Shown here piece by piece: positions 38,458 to 48,038 of a stretch of DNA of 64,000 nucleotides; the stretch's first letter is position 1; each line of letters begins with the position of its first letter. The DNA comes from an uncultured Nitrososphaerales archaeon. Its GTDB lineage: Archaea > Thermoproteota > Nitrososphaeria > Nitrososphaerales > Gagatemarchaeaceae. The stretch is from the NCBI GenBank assembly GCA_963706445.1, contig OY970160.1, positions 1,088,001-1,152,000 of the forward strand. The letters are read 5' to 3'. Below the pieces are notes generated by a model, which had not been told where the DNA came from, ran no database searches, and saw only the letters and a program-made list of their open reading frames with translations. The position numbers and the translations under genes are program-made.

Positions 38458-40072
38458 ATGTCCGACCTCGCCGAGAGGGAACTCTCCAAGCTTCAGATAG
38501 GAACCAGCGCCAACGGTCCGTTCACGGTCGATGCGAACCTCATTGTCACGGGGAGGAACTGCGTACTTGGAAGCAGCGGGAGTGGGAAGAGCTACGCTGT
38601 CGGGGTGCTCTGCGAGGAACTCTGCAGGAACGAGGTCCCGTTTGCCATAGTGGACACCGAGGGGGAGCACACCGGCCTCAAGGAGAAGTTTGAGGCCATC
38701 TGGGTGGGAGAAGAGAGGGATAGCGATCTCTCGTGGGGGAGCCTCGACCTAAAAGACCTGGCCAGCCAGGCGCCCGACATCTCACCGCTGATACTCGACG
38801 TGTCTGACCTCACGGACCCGAAAGAGAAGGTCTCGACCTTCATTACAGCTTTGTACGAGACGCTCACTGAGAGGCGGACCCCATACCTGGTGGTGGTTGA
38901 GGAGGCGGACAAGTTCATCCCCCAGTACGGACAGAGGGTCCCCATCTTCGCCGAAGTGGCCAGGAGAGGGAGGAAAAGGGGGATGGGGCTGATGATATGC
39001 TCTCAGAGGCCTTCGCTGGTCGACAAGAACGTCCTCAGCCAGTGCGGGAACCAGCTGATTGGAAAACTGATCATACAGAATGACCTTCAGTCTGTGGCCC
39101 AATTCTTCCCGGGGAAGGGGCTGCCGAAGGAGCTCACGGGGCTCAGGGCCGGCCAGTTCTTCGCCATGGGAGGGTTCTCGCCGACCCCCGTCGATGGTGT
39201 CCATCAAGAAGCGGGTGACAAGACCGGGAGGGGTGACCCCATCCCTCGACAAGAGGGTCGTGAAGAAATACGTGGGACCCATGAATGTCAGGGCCGTGGA
39301 AGGGGCGGATGACGAACAGGAGCCCAAGGGCAAGGTCAAGGGGAAGTCTGGAATCGGGCTGGCGCCATCGGTGAGGGCGGACGACGTTCCAACAATAGTC
39401 CGGAGAGAGCGGAGCTTCGGAATCTTTGGTCCAAGGGAGACTGTGACTGAGGTCACCCCCCAATACAGGACCCTGATACAGCTGGGGGTCAGGAAGAGGC
39501 GGGGACTCTTCAAGAGAAGGTTCGAGACCGTCTACGCCTATCTGGACGGGGGCTCAGGGAAGGGGGGCTCAGGGAAGGGGGTCTCAGTCAACAGGGGGTT
39601 AGAGGTGGTGAAGGGGTTCGAGAAGTTCCTCGGACTGACGACCTTGCAGGTCGAGGTGCTTAGGGAGGTCAAGCCTGACAGCGACACCAGCGCCCTGGAC
39701 ATAGCCAGTGCTCTGGGGGAGTCAAAGTCGACGGTCTCCAGGGTACTCGGCTTCCTCAACGACAAGAGACTCGTCAGGACCATTGAGGTCAGGAACCGGA
39801 TGCTGTACAGGCGGCTTGCCGAACTCCCGGGTGAGCCTTCCGAATCTGTCCCGCTCGAGCTGACTGAAGTGGACGTGAGTAAAGTGAGTGTCCTCCCTCC
39901 GAAGATACAGGAGTCCGACGTGAGGGACGCGGTGAAAGGCATGTGGGAGGGGGCGGACGTCGAAAGCTTCGAGGCCTTCCTGTATCCTGTGTTCAAGGTA
40001 GAATTGGTGGTCAGGAGGAAGCACCGGCAGGTCCTGATAGACGGTCGGAGCGGTAAGGAACTCTCGTTCTAG
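38458..40072 (+). pseudogene. HerA/DUF87 ATPase with C-terminal wHTH-containing region, frameshifted at a C run (39185-39189)
   Basis: GSSGSGKS, VD.EGEH, VVEEAD, RGRKRG, SQRP; removing one C joins ...GGFSPTP-SMVSIKKR... to the frame ending at 40072. Confidence 0.8.
39548..39577 (+). repeat. perfect in-frame 15-bp tandem duplication (GGGGGCTCAGGGAAG x2)
   Basis: Encodes GGSGK-GGSGK; a partial third copy follows. Confidence 0.9.
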
Positions 40073-40120
40073 CACGGCCTGGACGTGCACAGGTGCCGGG
40101 GGGATTGGGGATCAGAGGAT

Positions 40121-40825
40121 CTAGAGAGGAAGTTCCTCGATGATCTTCGCACCGGAGCTTGTGCCTATTCTGTCAGCTCCTGCCCTGACCATCTCCAGGG
40201 CCTTGGCGAGTGTCCCAATTCCCCCGGCCGCCTTCACTCCTGTCCCCTTCCTGAGCGTCATTCGGATTAGGGCGACGTCCGCCGCGGTCGCGCCTCCTGT
40301 CCCGAATCCGGTCGAGGTCTTGACATAATTCGCACCTGCCCGCTCGGCGATCCGCGCCCCTCTTACCTTCTCTTCGTCCGTCAGGAAGCAGCACTCAAGT
40401 ATCACCTTGAGAATCACTCCAGAGCGCCCGCAGCAGGCCGCAAGTTGGTTGACGTCGGCGAAGAAGGCGGTGTCGTCCCCAGATTTTAACGCGCCGATGT
40501 TCGAGACCATATCTATCTCACTGGCCCCGTCTGCGATGGCTCTCCGTGCTTCCATCAGCTTTACCTCCGTTGCGCTCGTGCCTTGGGGGAAACTGACGAC
40601 GGAGCAGACCCTGGTGGCAGTGCCCGCTAGTCGGTCGGCTGCTAGCCTCACGTGGAGTGGGTTGACGCACACGCTCCAGAGGTCGTAGCTCGTCGCCTCG
40701 TCGCAGAGGCTTTCTATCTCCGCCGGTGTGGCAAATGGTTTGAGCAGGGTGTGGTCGATCATCCTGGCGAGGTCGGATCTCCTCGTGAGATGGATTGGCG
40801 GGACCAGCTCTCCCATAGTCTTCAA
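40121..40825 (-). CDS. deoC: deoxyribose-phosphate aldolase
   Basis: IDHTLLKP, EIDMV, KVILE, KTSTGF, VKAAGGI, RIGTS. Confidence 0.97.
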   Translation of the reverse strand: MKTMGELVPPIHLTRRSDLARMIDHTLLKPFATPAEIESLCDEATSYDLWSVCVNPLHVRLAADRLAGTATRVCSVVSFPQGTSATEVKLMEARRAIADGASEIDMVSNIGALKSGDDTAFFADVNQLAACCGRSGVILKVILECCFLTDEEKVRGARIAERAGANYVKTSTGFGTGGATAADVALIRMTLRKGTGVKAAGGIGTLAKALEMVRAGADRIGTSSGAKIIEELPL

Positions 40826-40865
40826 ACCGGGCCCACCAGATGGCCTTCATAAACCGCCAACACAA

Positions 40866-40881
40866 TTCTCAAGGCTGAAAA
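40866..40881. promoter_or_regulatory. motif copy TTCTCA-AGGC-TGAAAA (deoC side)
   Basis: 12 nt upstream of minus-strand TTTATGAA starting at 40853. Confidence 0.5.
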
Positions 40882-40915
40882 ACGGCTGGCCAACGCGGAA
40901 GGGGCCTCTCGGGAC

Positions 40916-40931
40916 TTCTCAATCTTGGGAA
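40916..40931. promoter_or_regulatory. motif copy TTCTCA-ATCT-TGGGAA (CBS side)
   Basis: 12 nt upstream of TTTATAA at 40944. Confidence 0.65.
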
Positions 40932-40985
40932 TTGTGTCCGTTGTTTATAATGAAGAGCGGTCGTTTTTCTTTTCTCGGCGATAGA

Positions 40986-41795
40986 ATGCAGAGGCATGCA
41001 GATCCGATGGCGAGGGAGTTCATGAGCAAGGGAGTAGTATCAATCAATCAGGATTCGACCGTCAAGAAGGCGATCGTGACCATGGACGAACACAACATCG
41101 GGAGCGTCGTGCTCACCGACAGCCTAGGCCCCTGCGGCGTCTTCACCGAAAGGGATCTAGTGAGCAGGGTCCTCGCCAGAGGAAAGGACCCCGAGGAGAC
41201 GTCTCTGTCCGAGGTCGCGTCCCCGAAGTTCCCGTCAATCGTCCCCACTTTGACACTGGAGGAGACCGCGAGGGCGATGATTGACAGGAAGAGCAGGCTG
41301 ATGGTCTTCGAAGGAGCTGACCTGGCGGGGATGGTCACCCCCACGGACATCGTTAGGGTGCTCAAAGGAGTGGAGTATGATTTCTCAATCCTTCGGGTGA
41401 TATCCACCCGGATGGTGACCGTGGACCCTGATTCCCATCTCGACGAAGTCGTCAAGCTGATGGACGAGCGCAAGACAGGTAGCGTACTACTAACCGAAGA
41501 CGGGAGATGGACGGGGATTTTCACCGAAAGGGACCTGGTCAAGCGGGTCCTCGCAGCTGGCAGGAGGCTCGACGTGAAGGTGAAGGAGGTCGCGACGACA
41601 CCACTCGTGACGGCGCCACCAGGGATCTTCGGCAGGGAAGTCGCGGGCATCATGTCTCTTCACGGGTTCAAGCGCCTGCCACTCGCCATTGAAGGGGAGG
41701 GGGTAGGAATCGTGACAGCCAGGGACCTCGTCGAAGCCTACGCCCTCGCCAAGAAGCTGCGCCCTCCGCGGGTCGACTGGGTCCAGTGGAACTGA
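40986..41795 (+). CDS. protein with four CBS domains
   Basis: GVFTERDL, GMVTPTDI, GIFTERDL, GIVTARDL. Confidence 0.9.
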   Translation: MQRHADPMAREFMSKGVVSINQDSTVKKAIVTMDEHNIGSVVLTDSLGPCGVFTERDLVSRVLARGKDPEETSLSEVASPKFPSIVPTLTLEETARAMIDRKSRLMVFEGADLAGMVTPTDIVRVLKGVEYDFSILRVISTRMVTVDPDSHLDEVVKLMDERKTGSVLLTEDGRWTGIFTERDLVKRVLAAGRRLDVKVKEVATTPLVTAPPGIFGREVAGIMSLHGFKRLPLAIEGEGVGIVTARDLVEAYALAKKLRPPRVDWVQWN

Positions 41796-41807
41796 GATAC
41801 CTCGCGT

Positions 41808-43130
41808 CTAGGCTAATTTCTGGAGACGCTTATTGCGGCGGATGAGACTCTCCAGCTTGCGCCCGCCGATTTCAGAGGCCTCGAACCTGACGCGGGCTAC
41901 GGGTCTCTTGATGTGGAACATCCGTGTGAGGTCAGATGGGGTCCCGAGGACCACAGCGTCCGCTGCCACGCCGTTGATGCTCCTTTCAAGCTCCTTCAGC
42001 TGTCCCTTGCTGTAGCCGAGCGCGGGGATTACCTTGCCAAGCTTTGGGAAGCGCTCGTAGGCCCTCTTGATCGAACCCACCGCTTTGCTCCTCGGGTCGA
42101 CCATGGTGCCCTTCGCAGCCTTCACCGCCACCGCACCTGCTGCCTCTGATAGCCCGCCGTGAGTCACGGTCGGACCGTCCTCCACGACGACCACCCTCTT
42201 CCCCTTCACTAGCTCTGGCTTGTCCAGGGTAGCCAAAGAGTTGGTCCTGACTATCACCGCCCTGGGATTCAGGGCACGGCAAGCCTTCTCCACCTTCAGG
42301 ACTGCCTGCCGAGAGGCGACATTCACCTTGTTCACCACGATGGCGTCGGCCAGGCGCACGTTCGTCTCGCCGGGGTAGTATCTCGACTCGTCTCCCGGCC
42401 TCATGGGGTCGACGACAGTTATTGTGAGGTCGGGGAGGTAGAAGCTGAAGTCGTTGTTCCCCCCGTCCCAGATGACGACGTCCCCTTCCTTCTCGGCTTG
42501 GGCGAGGATGGCTCCATAGTCGACTCCTGCGTAGACGACGATGCCGTTGTCGATGTGCCCCTCATACTCCTCCCTCTCCTCGATGGTCGCGTGGAATCGG
42601 TCGAGGTCGTCGTGGGTGGCGAACCTCTGTACCGCGATGCTCAGGTCCACGTACGGCATCGGGTGCCTCACCACCACGGGCTTCAGGCCCATCTTCAACA
42701 GTATCCTGACGACCATCCGACTGATGGTGCTCTTGCCGGCTCCTGTCCTGTCGGCGACCACAGCCACCACGGGCTTGGACGACTTCAACATCGTGTCCCT
42801 GGGTCCGAGGAGATGGAAGCTCGCCCCCTTTGACTGGGCGATGGCGGCCAAACTCATGACGTACGCCCCGGAGACGTCGCTGTAGGCGAAGTAGACATTC
42901 TGCACCCCGTGCTTCTCGATCAGCCCTGCCAGTTCCTCCTCGGGATGGATCGGTATCCCTTCGGGGTAGAGGCGCCCGGCCACCGAGGCAGGGTAGGTCC
43001 GGTTCGAAATGTAGGGGATCTGGGTGGCGGTGAAGGCGACGACCTTGTATTCGGGGTTGTCCCGGAAGAAGACATTGAAATCATGGAAGTCGCGGCCGGC
43101 AGCACCCATTATGATCACGTTTCTTGTCAT
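41808..43130 (-). CDS. COG2403 P-loop protein, arginine synthetase ArcE-like (cDPG synthetase superfamily)
   Basis: IMGAAGRDFH, VAFTATQIP, RTGAGKS, RHPMPY, EEREEYE, WDGGNND, EDGPT.THGG. Confidence 0.8.
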   Translation of the reverse strand: MTRNVIIMGAAGRDFHDFNVFFRDNPEYKVVAFTATQIPYISNRTYPASVAGRLYPEGIPIHPEEELAGLIEKHGVQNVYFAYSDVSGAYVMSLAAIAQSKGASFHLLGPRDTMLKSSKPVVAVVADRTGAGKSTISRMVVRILLKMGLKPVVVRHPMPYVDLSIAVQRFATHDDLDRFHATIEEREEYEGHIDNGIVVYAGVDYGAILAQAEKEGDVVIWDGGNNDFSFYLPDLTITVVDPMRPGDESRYYPGETNVRLADAIVVNKVNVASRQAVLKVEKACRALNPRAVIVRTNSLATLDKPELVKGKRVVVVEDGPTVTHGGLSEAAGAVAVKAAKGTMVDPRSKAVGSIKRAYERFPKLGKVIPALGYSKGQLKELERSINGVAADAVVLGTPSDLTRMFHIKRPVARVRFEASEIGGRKLESLIRRNKRLQKLA

Positions 43131-43228
43131 CCTGCAAGACACCTGAATGGCCTCCCTCCCGTGGCGTATATAATTGGAGAGCCGATTCCTATCCTTGAGA
43201 ACGCCGGGGTGTCTGAGCAGCGAGCTTC

Positions 43229-44170
43229 TCAAACGGTCTTGTGATTCAATCTAGGCCTTGGGTGTGACCTTAGGGCCAAATCGGCTCCGAGGAGGACTCC
43301 GACCAGGGAATCTGTCCCCGAAGTCTCGCCGATCGAGATCACGTCAACCGTAGACCGCCTGACTTCGGACGCTCCTCCGGTGTAGATCGCCTCGACAAGT
43401 CTGACTATCTTTTCGTTTGCCCTTCCTGACGCTGCCTGTTGGAGGAATTCGAAGCTCAGTTCTGAGGTTCTCCCCTTCGACGAGCCTACGATCGCGTTCG
43501 CAAGTCCGCTGGCTTCAATGCCTCGCAATCCGTTCCGGTCGCCCAGGACGAGACAGACCATCAGCCCAGAGAGCAGGTCATCGGCCGACGGGGTCAGTCC
43601 GATGCCAAGGCCGGCAAGCTTCGAGGCCGCTTTCTTGACTCCGGCACGGTCGTGCCTTCGAATGGCCACGACAAGGGAGTCCACGGCGGGAGCTGCAGAG
43701 GCGGTGAAAGGATTCGTGTCCCGCAGTCCCCTTGCGGGACCGGTTCCGATGACTTCGAGCAGCGCACCGAGCCCTTCAAGGTGACCGGCGAGAAGACCGA
43801 CCGTCCTTGACTCTGTCACGTTCCTTGCCAGCTGTTTTGGGGACAGCGGTTTAGAAGCGAACAGGCCGTCAGGGGCGTAGCGCTGGGCGTTCCTTAGCGA
43901 AATCCTTTGGCCCTCCTCGAACGCAAGCTCCTCCATCCCCAGCTTTACTCGGCCGCCGGACCTTGGGAAGGGGGCACCGAGGGCTTTGAAATCCACGTTG
44001 ACGTTCAGGGGGCCCCTCCCTGTCTCCCTTGGGACGACGCTCACGAGCCCGAGGCTTGTTCGCACGTTTATCGCGCCTCTGTAGGAAGAATGGACTAGCC
44101 CCTGAGGGTCGGCATGGGCGACCCTGTCGAATGCCTCAGTGCCGATTGAATACGCCTCTACGGCGATCGT
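43229..44170 (-). CDS. DUF2877 (YlbF/AllH-like) protein; start uncertain
   Basis: L.GLG.GLTPS.DD.L.G, T..LS, G.TSG.D...G; the frame continues past the GTG at 44065 with SIG...G.VHS. Confidence 0.75.
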   Translation of the reverse strand, partial: TIAVEAYSIGTEAFDRVAHADPQGLVHSSYRGAINVRTSLGLVSVVPRETGRGPLNVNVDFKALGAPFPRSGGRVKLGMEELAFEEGQRISLRNAQRYAPDGLFASKPLSPKQLARNVTESRTVGLLAGHLEGLGALLEVIGTGPARGLRDTNPFTASAAPAVDSLVVAIRRHDRAGVKKAASKLAGLGIGLTPSADDLLSGLMVCLVLGDRNGLRGIEASGLANAIVGSSKGRTSELSFEFLQQAASGRANEKIVRLVEAIYTGGASEVRRSTVDVISIGETSGTDSLVGVLLGADLALRSHPRPRLNHKTV

Positions 44171-44201
44171 ATTGTCGACGGCTTTGTTGGACTTGATGAC
44201 G

Positions 44202-44390
44202 CTATCCCACCATGAAAGTCGTGGTTCTCCGCTTACATCCCGACCGGTGTGCGCACCCTTTGGGGATAAGAAAGCTCTGCTCCTCGCCTACTCCGAAGGA
44301 GGGCTGCTCTGCGAAGTCGATCCTAGCGGCAGATCTCCTTCCTCTCAAGTGAGAGTGACACTCGGGGCGTGGATTTAGCGGTTGCCTAGG
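44202..44390 (-). pseudogene. possible decayed cupin gene
   Basis: Minus frame reads ECHSH...RIDF...GEEQSFLIPKGCAHR, resembling cupin motifs 1 and 2; no intact start. Confidence 0.3.
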
Positions 44391-44455
44391 TCATTTCACC
44401 GACCCAGAGACAGCAATAATTGGGACCCCAGACGGACAGGGTGTCGAGTCGTCAA

Positions 44456-45382
44456 ATGAAAGCGTTGCAGGCGGATAAGCTCACCAAGGTCTACAAGAAG
44501 TCAAAGCAGCCTGCGTTAGACTCCCTTGACCTCGACGTAGAGTCGGGGCAGATATTCACCATGCTCGGGAGGAACGGGGCCGGGAAGACGACATTCCTTA
44601 GGATTGCGAGCACCCAACTCATGCCGACTTCTGGGACCATAACGGTCTTGGGCCTTGACGCCGTGAAAGAGGCGAAGACCCTCAGGGAGAGGATCGCCAT
44701 CACCCCTCAGGAAGCTGAGACCATCTACCCGTTGACCCCCCGGGACCATATCCTCCTCAACCTCCGGATGAGGGGGATCCCGAAGGAGGAGGCGAAGAGG
44801 AGGGCGCAGGAGGCCCTCGATGACCTGGAGCTTACGGAAGTCGCCGACACCAACTCCGACTGGCTCTCCGGAGGGCTCAAACAAAGAGTCATAGTAGCCA
44901 TGGCGCTCAAGACCGATGCCGACCTGATATTCCTCGACGAGCCCACCATCGGGCTTGACCCGCTCAACCGAAGGAAAGTGTGGGACCAGTTGACGAAGCT
45001 CAAAAAGGAAGGAAAGACCATAATCCTCACCACCCATTACATGGACGAGGCCGAGGCGCTCTCTGACAATCTGGTAATCATGAGCAAGGGTAAGGTCGTG
45101 GCGTCCGGGACCCCCCAGAGCGTCAAGGCGGCAGTCACCGACAGTAGCACACGTGTCGACGTATACGACAAGTTCACTCAATCTGAGCTAGGAAGGTACG
45201 GGCACGTCACCCCCATCGCTGGGAGGTTCAGGGTGCTGACAGATGAGACGGGGGCCAGGGGCCTGGGGGAAGATGCGCTTTCCCGGGGGGCAAGAATCGC
45301 GCTGAGTCCCGTGACCCTGGACGACGTGTTCGTCGACGTCGTAGGGGAGGCGGAGAAGGAGGACGAGAATGAGCGCGAGTAA
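44456..45382 (+). CDS. ABC transporter ATP-binding protein
   Basis: GRNGAGKTT, LSGG, DEPTIGLDP. Confidence 0.95.
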   Translation: MKALQADKLTKVYKKSKQPALDSLDLDVESGQIFTMLGRNGAGKTTFLRIASTQLMPTSGTITVLGLDAVKEAKTLRERIAITPQEAETIYPLTPRDHILLNLRMRGIPKEEAKRRAQEALDDLELTEVADTNSDWLSGGLKQRVIVAMALKTDADLIFLDEPTIGLDPLNRRKVWDQLTKLKKEGKTIILTTHYMDEAEALSDNLVIMSKGKVVASGTPQSVKAAVTDSSTRVDVYDKFTQSELGRYGHVTPIAGRFRVLTDETGARGLGEDALSRGARIALSPVTLDDVFVDVVGEAEKEDENERE

Positions 45383-46106
45383 GAGGCTCCGCTCACTGTG
45401 GGCGATAATGTACTACCTCGGTTTCATCCCGATGCTTAGGAACCCGCTGTTCATCGCGTTCGTTTTTTCCACCCCGTTCACCCTACTCTTCATCCTGTTC
45501 GTGGCCAGCAACGGGGCCGCCCTGCCATACGGCCTTGCAGGGGCCCTGACCATGATAACCACCGAGCTCGGCCTGTTTGTAGGGACTGACCTTGCCTCGT
45601 ATAAAATCCAAAACAGGTTTCAGGATATCGTGGTGGCGTCCCCGGTCAATCCGCTCACCTACATGTTTGGGGTCGCACTTTCGGAGCTGATATTCGGCTC
45701 CCCTGCAATCATAATACTGTTCGCGCTGATAGCAAGTCAAGGCGCCTCAGCCCTTTCGCTGGCGGCGTGCCTGGGTGTTGTCATCCTGCTCTGGGTGACG
45801 TCAACGAGCCTGGGGTTCTTCTTCTCGGCCTTCGCCCCCAACACTCAGAACGCGTTTATCATAAACGGCTTCATCACGACGCTCCTTTCCGTGCTTCCGC
45901 CTGTCTATTACTCGATCAACGTGCTTCCAAAGTTCTTGGTCCCGGTCGCTGAAATCTTGCCTACAACCGAAGCCTCGGCGCTCTTTCAGGGGACCATAGG
46001 TCTGGGGTACTCGATCCCCCCGGCGTCGGGGTTCATCGTCCTTCTCGCGGCGACAGTTATCACGCTCTCTCTGGTCGCGTTCAGGATGAGATGGCGCGAG
46101 CCCTGA
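45369..46106 (+). CDS. ABC-2 permease
   Basis: About 6 TM helices, PVYY...LP, overlaps the ATPase. Confidence 0.88.
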   Translation: MSASKRLRSLWAIMYYLGFIPMLRNPLFIAFVFSTPFTLLFILFVASNGAALPYGLAGALTMITTELGLFVGTDLASYKIQNRFQDIVVASPVNPLTYMFGVALSELIFGSPAIIILFALIASQGASALSLAACLGVVILLWVTSTSLGFFFSAFAPNTQNAFIINGFITTLLSVLPPVYYSINVLPKFLVPVAEILPTTEASALFQGTIGLGYSIPPASGFIVLLAATVITLSLVAFRMRWREP

Positions 46107-46124
46107 GAGGGACTCGATTTTGAG

Positions 46125-46220
46125 CGCCGGGAGTAGGATTCGAACCCACGCGACCCGAAGGTCACGGGCTTTCTTTTGGTGGACTCAAGGCCCGCGCATT
46201 AACCACTCTGCCACCCCGGC
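46125..46220 (-). tRNA. tRNA-Ser(TGA) with 13-nt intron at 37/38 (46171-46183)
   Basis: GCCGGGG/TCCCGGC acceptor, CGGGC-CT-TGA-G[intron]A-GCCCG, long variable arm GACC-TTCG-GGTC, GTGGG-TTCGAAT-CCTAC, G73. Confidence 0.93.
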
Positions 46221-46276
46221 GCAACTGCAGACCCGAGGGATTCCTTCTTATTCTTTGGTCGACGACCCGGGCCCAG

Positions 46277-47122
46277 TTGGAACCGAAGGTTAGGCCCGCC
46301 CGCAAGGTGGATAAGCCTCCACTCATGTCATTCATCAAGGACGTTTGGGGAGGACATGACTACATCCCCGAGGTCTGGGACGAATGGCTCAAAGACAAGG
46401 AAGGGAAGATGTTCGTGGTCGTGGTGGGCGGAGTCCCGGTTGGCATGAACAGGCTGACCTTCCTTGATGACGGGTCGGCTTGGTTCCAGGGGGTAAGGGT
46501 TCACCCGGATTACCGAGGGAGGGGCCTGGCCACGATGCTCGGTGAGAACTCAATGAGGATCGCCAGAGAAAACGGCATCAGGTTGTTCAGGCTGACCACG
46601 GCCTCCCGGAACTATGCTTCTCGGAGGCAGAGCGCAAGGATGGAATTCAAGGAGGTCGCAAGGTTCAGCATCTACGAGCCACCGAACAGGAAGTTTGAGG
46701 ACTTCGGAGCCGAGAAGGTTTCCTCAAAGGATTTGGATGCAACCATGCAGCTCATCAGGGCGTCAAAGGAGTTCAAACTAGGCTCAGGGGTCTACTGGCA
46801 CAATTTCGGCGCCTCGTCGTTGACCCGGGGGGTGGTGGGGAGTCTAGTCAGCGAGGGATCAGTGAGGAGACTGGGAGAGGCAGTCGCCGTCGTGAAGCCC
46901 GGAGGGGAGGGCAAGGAGGTTTGGGAACAGGTCTGTTTCGTCGGCGGACCGGTCAAAGAAGCTGTGCAGCTGGTGAAGTCTTCAGTCCGACGAGTGAAGC
47001 GGGCGGAAGCAAGGTGGGTATTCGTTCCAAAATGGTCTCCCATCATCCCTGGACTGCGGAATGAGGGCTTCCGAAGGGAGTTCTCGCAGATCCTGTTCGA
47101 ACGCAAGGCGACGAACGGTTAA
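46277..47122 (+). CDS. GNAT family N-acetyltransferase
   Basis: W.G.DY.P..W..W, GVRVHPDYRGRGLA. Confidence 0.85.
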   Translation: MEPKVRPARKVDKPPLMSFIKDVWGGHDYIPEVWDEWLKDKEGKMFVVVVGGVPVGMNRLTFLDDGSAWFQGVRVHPDYRGRGLATMLGENSMRIARENGIRLFRLTTASRNYASRRQSARMEFKEVARFSIYEPPNRKFEDFGAEKVSSKDLDATMQLIRASKEFKLGSGVYWHNFGASSLTRGVVGSLVSEGSVRRLGEAVAVVKPGGEGKEVWEQVCFVGGPVKEAVQLVKSSVRRVKRAEARWVFVPKWSPIIPGLRNEGFRREFSQILFERKATNG

Positions 47123-47147
47123 AACGAGCACATCGGTCTGGCGGGAT

Positions 47148-48038
47148 ATGGCCAACAGTTCAGGAAAGATCACCGTTCTTGGGGCAGGACTGATGGGTCA
47201 CGGCATAGCCCAGGTCGCTTCTCAGATAGGAGGGTACGAGGTTTCGATTTTGGACGTCGAACAGAGATTCCTGGACAACGGCATGAAGATGATCACAGGT
47301 AGCGTCGACAAGTTCGTCGAGAAGGGGAAGCTAACGAAGGAACAGGGAGACGAAGTTTTGGGCCGGATCAGCCCGACGCTCGATCTGGCCGAGGCTATCA
47401 AAGGGAGCTTCTTGGTGATCGAGGCGGCCACAGAAGACCCGAAGCTCAAGATGGACCTGTACCGACGGGTCTCTGAGCTCGTTTCTCCAGACACCATTGT
47501 GGCGTCGAACACATCGTCAATCAGCATCACACTCTTGGCTTCAGCCTTGAAGAATCCAGAGAATGTTTGCGGCATGCACTTCTTCAACCCGCCGCAGCTC
47601 ATGCCCCTGATTGAGATAATCAAGGGGAAGAAGACTTCGGACGAGACCGTCCAGAAAGTCAGGGAGGTATCTGCCAAGTTGGGTAAGGAGACGGTGCTCT
47701 GCAAGAAGGATTCCCCAGGCTTCATAGTCAACAGGATCCTCGTCCCAGCGCTGAACGAGGCCACGTTCCTTGTCCAGGAAGGCGTCGCAGACCCAGAAGA
47801 TATCGACAAGGCGGTCAAACTCGGGCTGAACTGGCCCATGGGTCCTCTGACACTACTGGATTACGTGGGCCTCGACACAACCTTCAACATAACTCAGGTC
47901 TTCATGTCGGAATTCCAGGACTCGAAATTTAGGCCCAGCCCCTTACTCAGAGAGATGGTCAGGGCGGGGATGCTCGGACGGAAAAGCGGGAAGGGATTCT
48001 ACGAATGGGGCTCTGCCGGCTCTACTAAGACGAAGTGA
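47148..48038 (+). CDS. 3-hydroxyacyl-CoA dehydrogenase (Hbd/PaaH-like)
   Basis: GAGLMGHGIA, SNTSS, GMHFFNP, PGFIVNR, PMGP. Confidence 0.95.
   Translation: MANSSGKITVLGAGLMGHGIAQVASQIGGYEVSILDVEQRFLDNGMKMITGSVDKFVEKGKLTKEQGDEVLGRISPTLDLAEAIKGSFLVIEAATEDPKLKMDLYRRVSELVSPDTIVASNTSSISITLLASALKNPENVCGMHFFNPPQLMPLIEIIKGKKTSDETVQKVREVSAKLGKETVLCKKDSPGFIVNRILVPALNEATFLVQEGVADPEDIDKAVKLGLNWPMGPLTLLDYVGLDTTFNITQVFMSEFQDSKFRPSPLLREMVRAGMLGRKSGKGFYEWGSAGSTKTK

Noticed and set aside
38458-40072. HerA-NurA repair operon or a HerA defence system
   Set aside because: No nurA, mre11, rad50, SIR2 or nuclease partner in the neighbourhood.
46125-46220. tRNA-Sec or a suppressor tRNA because of 'TGA'
   Set aside because: TGA is the anticodon, which reads UCA (Ser); Sec would need TCA. 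The acceptor stem is a normal 7 bp.
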